The translations under genes and the position numbers were made by a program. Positions 25,658-32,088 of a stretch of 35,119 bases of DNA are shown here, one piece after another. The first letter of the stretch is position 1. Each line of letters starts with the position of its first letter. The DNA is taken from IMG/VR virus record IMGVR_UViG_3300020518_000004. One strand, written 5' to 3'. The notes beneath the pieces were generated by a model, which was given only the letters and a program-made list of their open reading frames with translations, did not search any database and was not told the origin of the DNA. This DNA comes from a virus.

Positions 25658-26630
25658 TGAATTTTTAGAACTTTGGAGTCGGCTAAAAAGCCCTTCAAAG
25701 GTTGCGAAATACCTAAAAATGGATGTGAGGTCGGTGCATTTGCGCCGCCGATCATTAGAAGCCCGCTACGGGGTTGCATTACCGTCTGCAATAAAATACG
25801 ACCAAGGCGGGGAAATGACCCAAAAAGGCAACCGTGCTAACGAACTTGCCGCCGAACGCGCTAGGAAGTACGAGCGTGACATGGTGGATGAGGTCAAAGA
25901 CGGGGTGGTGCTAATTGCCTCAGACTGCCACTACTGGCCCGGTATTGTGACCGAGGCACACCAAGCCCTCTGCCGGTTAGCCAAGGAACTTAGCCCGAAA
26001 ATGGTCATCTTGAACGGTGACGTATTGGACGGTGCGCGGATTAGCCGCCACGCCCGCATCATGTGGGAAAAACAGCCCACGGTGAAGGACGAAATTGCTG
26101 CGGTGCAGGATCGGGTTGCAGAGATTGAACGTGCGGCAGGACGCGCCAAACTGATCCGCACCATCGGCAACCACGACGCCCGCTTTGAGAACTATTTGTC
26201 CACTCGTGTCGGTGAGTTTGAAGAAATGACCGGCATGACGCTGCTGGACTACCTACCGAGATGGCGGGCGGGATGGTGCGTGCATCTAAACCAAAGCACC
26301 GAAGGGTGGGTCACTGTCCGTCACCGACCTGTATCCGGTGGGATACACGCCGCCTATAACAGCACCCTACGCTCGGGCGTCCACTATGCCCACGGACACC
26401 TCCACAAGTTGCAGGTGACACCGTGGGGCGATTACAGGGGCCGTCGGTACGGTATAGACACCGGCACCCTCGCAGAACCGGAAGGGCCGCAGTTCAACTA
26501 TACGGAGGCAGGGCCGCTCAATTGGGCGTCAGGCTTTGCCGTGTTGACCTTCCACAAGGGCTTTTTGCTCCAGCCCGAACTTTGCGTCGTAGAACGCGGT
26601 GCCGCATGGTTTCGGGGAAGGAAAATTTAA
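25635..26630 (+). CDS. Calcineurin-like metallophosphoesterase with an N-terminal HTH-like domain
   Basis: Motifs ASDCH, NGDVLDG, GNHD and HGHLH, in canonical order. The N-terminal ~60 aa (SKVAKYLKMDVRSVHLRRRSLE) looks like an HTH. Start taken at ATG 25635 (the ORF-track start is TTG). Confidence 0.7.
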   Translation: MPKHTNDDEFLELWSRLKSPSKVAKYLKMDVRSVHLRRRSLEARYGVALPSAIKYDQGGEMTQKGNRANELAAERARKYERDMVDEVKDGVVLIASDCHYWPGIVTEAHQALCRLAKELSPKMVILNGDVLDGARISRHARIMWEKQPTVKDEIAAVQDRVAEIERAAGRAKLIRTIGNHDARFENYLSTRVGEFEEMTGMTLLDYLPRWRAGWCVHLNQSTEGWVTVRHRPVSGGIHAAYNSTLRSGVHYAHGHLHKLQVTPWGDYRGRRYGIDTGTLAEPEGPQFNYTEAGPLNWASGFAVLTFHKGFLLQPELCVVERGAAWFRGRKI

Positions 26631-26783
26631 GGCCAGAGGCGTGCGCACGGTGCGTGTGGTGCTGTCCTTGGAACGGTCAAGGGTGGGGATGCGCACACCC
26701 GACCGTCAGCGGCCTGCTACATGGCGCGTGCCGCTGCGGCAGCGTTCACTTTAAGCCGTTTGCACCGTTTTGGCCGTTAAAGA

Positions 26784-26857
26784 TGGCTGAAGGGGCTGGG
26801 ATTGAACCAACATTCACGGAGTCAAAGTCCGTTGTCCTACCATTAGACGACCCTTCA
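26784..26857 (-). tRNA. tRNA-Gln, anticodon UUG, with encoded CCA
   Basis: Hand-folded 74-nt cloverleaf: acceptor TGAAGGG/CCCTTCA; D arm GTCT-AATGGTA-GGAC; anticodon arm ACGGA-CTTTGAC-TCCGT; variable loop GAAT; T arm GTTGG-TTCAATC-CCAGC; discriminator G; CCA. The U1-A72 pair and G73 are the bacterial tRNA-Gln hallmarks. Confidence 0.9.
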
Positions 26858-27052
26858 ACGACTTAAATGCGCAACCTCGGCCTGTAGCGTCTTAATTTCA
26901 CGCTCCAGCACCTCGGCAATCTCCCACATTCCACGCTGACGGATTTCTGCCAACGCAAATTGTACCTTTTGCGCCTGACTTTGGCCGTACCCCCACGGCG
27001 CACGCTGTAACTCGGTTTTCCACGCCCCCGGCGGGCTGTCGTTATCAATCAC
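26855..27052 (-). CDS. Hypothetical protein
   Basis: 65-aa ORF with a GTG start. Its TGA stop is the first 3 nt of the tRNA. No homology recognised. Confidence 0.35.
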   Translation of the reverse strand: MIDNDSPPGAWKTELQRAPWGYGQSQAQKVQFALAEIRQRGMWEIAEVLEREIKTLQAEVAHLSR

Positions 27053-27152
27053 CAGTAATCCCTTCCCGTGCCGCGTTTACAAGCCCACATAGGCGGGGGA
27101 ACGTGACGCCAATCATCGCCATAGATTCGTGTCCAAAACCGCCGTATACGCT

Positions 27153-27710
27153 TTAGGAGCCGCATAAACCCTCCACGCTATAGTTGGTACTCGGTGACTT
27201 CCAATCCCTCGGTACGTCGCCCGTAATCCATGACGGGTCTTTCCACAGCAATCGGTTATTTGGGTAGGCAATCCATGGGCCGGTGTCTAGCGCGATGATG
27301 TGGTGGTCTTTGCTCTGGTCAGGCACCTCTGCCCAACCGCCATTGGCCCAAAACACACTAAACAAATACGTCCCCGCACGCATGACCTTATCGCGGCCCA
27401 GCGCCTCAACGCGGTGATTGCGGAGCATCTGCATCTCGCGCACCTCGCAATGCCTACTGAACGAGTCCCACCACACAGACAGGTTAAGCGATAGCGGTTC
27501 ACAGGGTTTGGAGCAAAGCGCGTGGATTGGGATTCTGGCCCATTGTGCGCCGTTCTCTAACATCACTTGGAACATCGGCACTCGGGCAGGTTCAGCGCGG
27601 AACCCAAACACGGTACAGAGCGTAAACTTGCCATGCCCGCTCTGCTGGTCGTACAGGAACTCGTTACGGACGTAAGCCGTGGTGTACGGGGTGTCTACGA
27701 CAAAACTCAC
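27153..27710 (-). CDS. Conserved phage hypothetical protein
   Basis: 185 aa, GTG start in a GTGA overlap with the upstream gene. C-terminal motif IAYPNNRLLWKDPSW seen in other phage proteins of unknown function. Confidence 0.55.
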   Translation of the reverse strand: MSFVVDTPYTTAYVRNEFLYDQQSGHGKFTLCTVFGFRAEPARVPMFQVMLENGAQWARIPIHALCSKPCEPLSLNLSVWWDSFSRHCEVREMQMLRNHRVEALGRDKVMRAGTYLFSVFWANGGWAEVPDQSKDHHIIALDTGPWIAYPNNRLLWKDPSWITGDVPRDWKSPSTNYSVEGLCGS

Positions 27711-27994
27711 ACCAACCCCTCTTTTTCAAGTTGTGCGATGGTGCGGGCCATGCCGTCATAGTGGGCAAGGCGTAGTTCATCGTGTGACAGACCGCTTTTG
27801 TGCGTCCTGCCGTCTATTTCGTCGTGACAGGCGCTACACGCCCACGCACCGATTAAGTCAGGTGATTTCATGCCCATGCCGCTAATGCCCGCCAAACGGA
27901 TATGCGCCAATACCACGGTTTCGCTGTTAAAGTTACAGATACCGGGTAAACGCACCATGCAGCCGCGTCCTTTGGCTTCTTTACGCAGACTCAT
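27707..27994 (-). CDS. ybcO: DUF1364 protein, homologue of E. coli DLP12 prophage YbcO (zinc-binding, putative nuclease)
   Basis: Near-collinear similarity to YbcO as I recall it: LRKEAKGRGCMVRLPGICNFNSETVVLAHIRL...SPDLIGAWACSACHDEIDGRTH. Confidence 0.75.
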   Translation of the reverse strand: MSLRKEAKGRGCMVRLPGICNFNSETVVLAHIRLAGISGMGMKSPDLIGAWACSACHDEIDGRTHKSGLSHDELRLAHYDGMARTIAQLEKEGLV

Positions 27995-28391
27995 ACACCG
28001 GCTCCGGTATCACAATGCCCATATCCGCGCACCGCGACTCTAAAAACAATAAGTAATCGCTAAACTCTTGCTTGGTCAGCGCCGAGGATCGTTTAAGCGG
28101 CCGCATACGCTTACGCCCAAACCCCTCCAGCGTTTCCCAGCCGAAACATTCACCAAGGAAGTATTCGTGCAGGTCATCGCGTGTCCATCCCGCTAACGCC
28201 TCACCGCCGCCCTCCAAGATCGCGGGGTAACACACACCCCACAGAAATGCGTTTTGCTGCTGCGTGCGGGGCTTTTTCCATTCCACAATCTCTATGCACC
28301 ACGCTCGGTCAGCCGACAACCCCTGCACCATGCGTGCGGCTGCTGTCGCTAACTGCTCGGGCGTCGTGCCTTTAGGAAATATGCGCTTCAC
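27981..28391 (-). CDS. ninB: NinB/Orf-family recombination mediator
   Basis: KKPRTQQQNAFLWGVCY motif (RS..QN..lW core of lambda NinB). 136 aa. GTG start in a GTGA overlap. Confidence 0.65.
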   Translation of the reverse strand: MKRIFPKGTTPEQLATAAARMVQGLSADRAWCIEIVEWKKPRTQQQNAFLWGVCYPAILEGGGEALAGWTRDDLHEYFLGECFGWETLEGFGRKRMRPLKRSSALTKQEFSDYLLFLESRCADMGIVIPEPVYESA

Positions 28392-29050
28392 CGACTAGCC
28401 TCTAGCCATTCCTTGCCGTACTCAACGTCTACCCAATCCTTAAACCACGGGCCGCCACGGGTGAAATGTACGGCGATGGGATTCGGGCAATGGTCGCGCG
28501 TGTACCAACCTTCCAGATAGTTCCACGCTATCGGTAGAGAGCCAATGGACTCGTCTTTTAGCCATTGGAAACGGTGCAGGAACATTCCACTTTCTCTGTT
28601 CACGACATCGGGTGTCAACGCCTTGACCTCGGGGTGCGAACAGTTCATAAACATGAACGATGACCAGTTTTTTCGTGGATACTGATGTTGCGCCTTGTTG
28701 TCCATCTTGACCTTCTCAAACGGCCTGTAATCGTGCTGTACCACAAAGCACGCTTTTGCCCCGTCGGCGTAGTCCATCAGTCCCGCAATATCCCCCCGCA
28801 AAAGAAAATCGCAGTCCATAAACACAGCCCAGCCGTCGTACCCGGCGAGGTATGGGGTCAAGAAGCGGGTAAACGAAAACTCCGTAGACGACAACGGATC
28901 AGTCTCCCGCCAGTAAAGGCCACGCTCCCGAAGTTCTGACTGTTTGATGGGTTGTATGTCTAGCGGGATAGAGGCGTGCTTGAGCAGGCTCTTGCGGCAA
29001 ACTTGATACGCAATGTCCTCGCGGCTGTCCCAACCGATAAATACCTTCAC
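28388..29050 (-). CDS. GT-A fold glycosyltransferase, GT8-like (DxD = DCD)
   Basis: FSFTRFLTPYLAGYDGWAVFMDCDFLLRGDIAGL is the classic GT8 nucleotide-sugar/DxD region. 220 aa. GTG start in a GTGA overlap. Confidence 0.65.
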   Translation of the reverse strand: MKVFIGWDSREDIAYQVCRKSLLKHASIPLDIQPIKQSELRERGLYWRETDPLSSTEFSFTRFLTPYLAGYDGWAVFMDCDFLLRGDIAGLMDYADGAKACFVVQHDYRPFEKVKMDNKAQHQYPRKNWSSFMFMNCSHPEVKALTPDVVNRESGMFLHRFQWLKDESIGSLPIAWNYLEGWYTRDHCPNPIAVHFTRGGPWFKDWVDVEYGKEWLEASR

Positions 29051-29523
29051 AGTTTTTCCTCAAAGTCTATGTAACGCCATGCCAGATACTCAGGCGTCAC
29101 GGCGTAAACGTCGTAATCGTAACCACGAGCCGGGTCTAATTGTTTGCGCACAATCCAATCGGCAAACGTCGTATTAACGTCCACCAACGCCGCCACCGTC
29201 ATGCTGTGATTGACCAGAAAGTACCAATCAGGCCGAGGGTGCGCGTTGTCAAACGATGCCTTAGCGCAGATGGTTGCCGTCTCAAACGGCCACTCGCCAA
29301 ACTCAAAATCACGCTTTAGATGCTTGACCTCTATGCGCTTGTTACTCGCATAAATATCGCCCTTATCTGCATATTCTTTGCGGTCGGCAAAATTGGCACG
29401 CAGCCGACGCTGTGGAAGCGTCACCGTATGCCCAAGGTTCAAGAGGTAAGTCGCCACTACGATCTCCGCAGGGCGACTCGCCCGAAACCTTGCCTCAAAG
29501 TCAGAATGGGGCGTCAAGGTCAT
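29047..29523 (-). CDS. Putative PD-(D/E)XK-fold nuclease
   Basis: The segment KGDIYASNKRIEVKH fits a D...E-x-K motif. Context is a recombination operon. Weak call. Confidence 0.35.
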   Translation of the reverse strand: MTLTPHSDFEARFRASRPAEIVVATYLLNLGHTVTLPQRRLRANFADRKEYADKGDIYASNKRIEVKHLKRDFEFGEWPFETATICAKASFDNAHPRPDWYFLVNHSMTVAALVDVNTTFADWIVRKQLDPARGYDYDVYAVTPEYLAWRYIDFEEKL

Positions 29524-29782
29524 CCCAATTGTCCTCGCTCAACTGCGGCTTCTTGGTTGGCTGACGCTGCGGTTCACCGCCACGCGACAATTTGCCCTCA
29601 CCCTTGGCCTCTATCTTCAGGCTCATAAACTTATCGCCTGTTTTCTTGCTGGCCTTTATCCATGCCGAAATGTTGTAGTCCACGTTATTGATAACGCATG
29701 ACCCACGGTAGTCGGGACGGTTCGGGTTGTCGCCCTTGTCGTTCTTAAACAGCACGCCCTTCATGTTTGGATCGTAATTCAC
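29501..29782 (-). CDS. Small ssDNA-binding-like protein (DUF736-like OB fold with an SSB-type acidic tail)
   Basis: GVLFKNDKGDNPNRPDYRGSCVINNVDYNISAWIK pattern and C-terminal WDDLDAPF, resembling the SSB DDDIPF tip. GTG start in a GTGA overlap with a GGAGAAGG ribosome-binding site. Confidence 0.55.
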   Translation of the reverse strand: MNYDPNMKGVLFKNDKGDNPNRPDYRGSCVINNVDYNISAWIKASKKTGDKFMSLKIEAKGEGKLSRGGEPQRQPTKKPQLSEDNWDDLDAPF

Positions 29783-30399
29783 AATTTCACCTTCTCCAGT
29801 TGTTTCACTTTCTCGTCTAACTCTGCGAGGAACTTACGCACCTCGGTTTCAAGTTCTGCGATACGGGTTTCGTCACGCGGAACACGCACGATCAGCAGTT
29901 GCAGATGCTCGGGCAAACGTGGGTCGTAACTACAGAATTCACACCACGGCGCACCCGTCACCGCCATCTGCCATTGCATCTGAGTGACGTACTTTTCAGG
30001 AGGTTTTCCCGACAGCACGTACTCCAAATGGGTAGCCGTATTCGGGCATTTAATCTCTATCAACCCGTCGCCCACAAAACCGTCAGGGGACGCGCCAGAG
30101 CCGGGAATGTCGTGATGCGGGATAAACCCCACCTCCTCTACCAACTCGCCTGTCTTGGCGCTATACGCGGCCCGTGCTTGCGGTTCGGTCTGCGTACCCC
30201 ACTCCATCGCGGCATTGCTAAACATTTCGGTCGGCTTTCCGGTCAATCGTTCGCAAATCAACTGCGCCATGTAATTTTCACGGCTTGCCGAATACCCGCT
30301 CTTGGTCTTGGCTACTACGTCAGCCACACGGCTAGCGGTTACTTTGCCGAGGCGTGCTTGTAACCATGCCTCGCGGTTAGCCTGTTGGTACGATTCCAT
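29779..30399 (-). CDS. YqaJ-type (lambda Exo-like) recombination exonuclease
   Basis: WLQARLGKVTASRVADV, GASPDG, and LIEIKCP (E-x-K) motifs of the YqaJ family. Confidence 0.8.
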   Translation of the reverse strand: MESYQQANREAWLQARLGKVTASRVADVVAKTKSGYSASRENYMAQLICERLTGKPTEMFSNAAMEWGTQTEPQARAAYSAKTGELVEEVGFIPHHDIPGSGASPDGFVGDGLIEIKCPNTATHLEYVLSGKPPEKYVTQMQWQMAVTGAPWCEFCSYDPRLPEHLQLLIVRVPRDETRIAELETEVRKFLAELDEKVKQLEKVKL

Positions 30400-30737
30400 T
30401 ATCGCCCCCTCGTTTTAAGTAAAACGTCATACCGCTTGATCCCGCATTTTATTGCGCGTGTTACGACGTAAGGCTCTACGCCAAACATTTCAGCAATTTC
30501 TACGTTGCTCAAAACCAATTTCCTCTGTGCGTCCAACTGGCGCAATAACCGATACTGTTCTAGCGTCAATTTTTTATCGTTAAACGACGAACGAAACGAC
30601 AAACGCAGCAATCCCCTTTCGTTTGGGAAATCCATCACAAACGTCTGTTCACCCGTTGCGTTATTTTTTTTGCTCTCAGAAAACCAACCAAGTTGTTCAT
30701 ATAATTCAACACGGATGTCGTCAATGTGTTGTTCCAT
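30399..30737 (-). CDS. Hypothetical protein with a C-terminal HTH
   Basis: 112 aa from ATG 30737, with GGAGG 7 nt upstream. The segment LSNVEIAEMFGVEPYVVTRAIKCG is HTH-like. Confidence 0.55.
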   Translation of the reverse strand: MEQHIDDIRVELYEQLGWFSESKKNNATGEQTFVMDFPNERGLLRLSFRSSFNDKKLTLEQYRLLRQLDAQRKLVLSNVEIAEMFGVEPYVVTRAIKCGIKRYDVLLKTRGR

Positions 30738-31270
30738 CACGCAGCCTCCGGGCCGGTCAGTTCCTTCTTGCGGGCGGTAAACGCATCAATGTGCGTCATG
30801 CGCTGTTCTTTGGTCAGGCGCTTAAACAACTTGGTCAGTTCGTCCAGCGATGCAGCACCCGCAATCAACGCAACCAGATCGGGGTCTACTTGTGGCGCGG
30901 CTCCTTCTGGCAAATCTTCGCCCGCGTAGATGTACAAGCCGAGGCCAAACATGGCGATGCACTTGGCAAGGCACCGCATGATCGCGGTGTTGACTGAGAA
31001 CGCGTCGGGGTTTTGGATCGCTCGGTTACGGTTGTCCATAACCGGCAACACGCACGTTTTGATGTCGCCCTTTATCTCTACGCTGACCTTCACCATCGCG
31101 GTGCCGTCGGGCAGATACATGGCAGGACGGTCGCTGTACTCATGTGCCGTCCAACGTGCAGCCGGATCAATCTTCAACACCTCGGCCCATGCCCACGCCC
31201 ACGACAAGTAAGACAGGTTGCCCTTCTTCTCAACGTGGTCGTTGACATTAATTTTTAGTAATTCGCTCAT
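30737..31270 (-). CDS. Single-strand annealing protein, Sak/DUF1071 (Rad52-like)
   Basis: LSYLSWAWAWAEVLK, LPVMDNRNRAI and MRCLAKCIAMFGLGLYIYAGEDLP are the hallmark DUF1071 blocks. Confidence 0.8.
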   Translation of the reverse strand: MSELLKINVNDHVEKKGNLSYLSWAWAWAEVLKIDPAARWTAHEYSDRPAMYLPDGTAMVKVSVEIKGDIKTCVLPVMDNRNRAIQNPDAFSVNTAIMRCLAKCIAMFGLGLYIYAGEDLPEGAAPQVDPDLVALIAGAASLDELTKLFKRLTKEQRMTHIDAFTARKKELTGPEAA

Positions 31271-31412
31271 AGCCCACCTTTGTCAGTTCTTCGTTGATGA
31301 TGCTGTTCAGTTCAGCCAGTGCAGCGTTGCATCGTTCAATGCGTTCTTGTTCTTCTTGCTGCTGTAGTTCTAAGTCCTGTTGATGCCACCAACTGTTGTC
31401 ATCGTCCTCCAT
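31248..31412 (-). CDS. Small acidic hypothetical protein (54 aa)
   Basis: Start moved to MEDDDNSWW, which has a GAGGAGG ribosome-binding site 6 nt upstream. Confidence 0.45.
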   Translation of the reverse strand: MEDDDNSWWHQQDLELQQQEEQERIERCNAALAELNSIINEELTKVGYERITKN

Positions 31413-31527
31413 TACGCACCTCCTCGGCTGTCGTGCAGCCACCATCGCATCGGTCAACGTATGCGGCCATGAAATAAACGACTGTCATGGCAATCAATAA
31501 AATGATGAAGCGATCTCTGTTTCGCAT
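31399..31527 (-). CDS. Small single-pass membrane peptide (42 aa, not in the ORF track)
   Basis: Hand translation: MRNRDRFIILLIAMTVVYFMAAYVDRCDGGCTTAEEVRNGGR. GAGGA ribosome-binding site 7 nt upstream. Confidence 0.4.
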   Translation of the reverse strand: MRNRDRFIILLIAMTVVYFMAAYVDRCDGGCTTAEEVRNGGR

Positions 31528-31530
31528 GGT

Positions 31531-31830
31531 TTAATCCTCGTAGGAGTGGGAATCGTCAAACGCCTCGCGGGCAGCGGTACGGATGTACTCATGCACCGCT
31601 TGTTCGCAGATTTCGTAATCTGTCTTGGACATACATTGGATGTCGGCTTTGATGTGGCACGCGATGTATTTGCCATCGCCCTCGGGCGCGTAGCCGAGTA
31701 ACCAGACGTTTTCTATGTAGACGGTTTCGGAGAGGCCAACGTCGGGATCGGCAGGGTCGTAGGAAAATTCAATCTCTACTTCCCAGAGCGTGCCAAGCAA
31801 ATAGAGTTCGGTGGTACAGGTGTGAGACAT
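31531..31830 (-). CDS. First early gene, acidic hypothetical protein (100 aa)
   Basis: Start taken at ATG 31830 (MSHTCTTELY) with a GGAG ribosome-binding site 8 nt upstream. The longer ORF-track start would run through the promoter region. Confidence 0.55.
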   Translation of the reverse strand: MSHTCTTELYLLGTLWEVEIEFSYDPADPDVGLSETVYIENVWLLGYAPEGDGKYIACHIKADIQCMSKTDYEICEQAVHEYIRTAAREAFDDSHSYED

Positions 31831-31864
31831 ATCTGTTGCTCCGTTGTGTCTGTCAACGGTGCCT

Positions 31865-31892
31865 ATGATAGCGGGCTTTACAGCCTTGTCAA
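31865..31892 (-). promoter_or_regulatory. Putative leftward early promoter, TTGACA-N16-TATCAT
   Basis: The reverse complement of 31887-31892 is TTGACA. The reverse complement of 31865-31870 is TATCAT. The predicted start site gives a ~28-nt leader containing the ribosome-binding site. Confidence 0.45.
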
Positions 31893-31914
31893 GCCCCCTT
31901 GCATCTTTTATTCT
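31886..31914 (+). promoter_or_regulatory. Putative rightward promoter, TTGTCA-N17-TATTCT; predicts a leaderless or near-leaderless cro-like mRNA
   Basis: -35 at 31886-31891 and -10 at 31909-31914. The ATG at 31921 lies only 6 nt after the -10. No Shine-Dalgarno sequence. Confidence 0.4.
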
Positions 31915-31920
31915 TACGAC

Positions 31921-32088
31921 ATGAATCCACAACAATTGGTCGCAAAGTACGGATCGCAGGTTGCTGTTGCCAAAGCATTTGGCGTAACTCGGGCTGCGGT
32001 GCAGTTATGGGTGCGTCAGGGCAAGGTGCCACAGGCTAGGCTTTGGCAGCATAAGGCTGGGCTGGTAAAGCCCCCACAGGGCCGCTAA
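31921..32088 (+). CDS. Cro/YdaS-like HTH transcriptional regulator (55 aa)
   Basis: LVAKYGSQVAVAKAFGVTRAAVQLWVRQGKVPQARLW matches the YdaS/Cro-type HTH pattern. Confidence 0.65.
   Translation: MNPQQLVAKYGSQVAVAKAFGVTRAAVQLWVRQGKVPQARLWQHKAGLVKPPQGR

Noticed and set aside
26631-26783. Bidirectional rho-independent terminator between the converging late operon and the tRNA
   Set aside because: Only short stems are present: GGGTG...CACCC, CGCTG-CCG-CAGCG, and the GTGCGCAC palindrome. None has a flanking U/T tract, so I cannot support a terminator call from sequence alone.
26784-26857. tRNA as a phage attachment site (attP) for integration
   Set aside because: The tRNA is full length with a complete acceptor stem. 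No integrase or recombination directionality factor exists anywhere in the closed 35-kb circle.
26423-26866. 147-aa + strand ORF spanning the intergenic region and the tRNA
   Set aside because: It overlaps the 3' end of the metallophosphoesterase gene in another frame and runs through the tRNA-Gln on the opposite strand. It is Arg/Cys/Gly-rich with no start context.
27053-27152. 25-aa minus-strand mini-ORF (MAMIGVTFPRLCGLVNAAREGITGD) as a possible lipoprotein/o-spanin
   Set aside because: It has no signal peptide or proper lipobox context, it is far from the lysis cassette, and it is on the early strand. It is too short to support.
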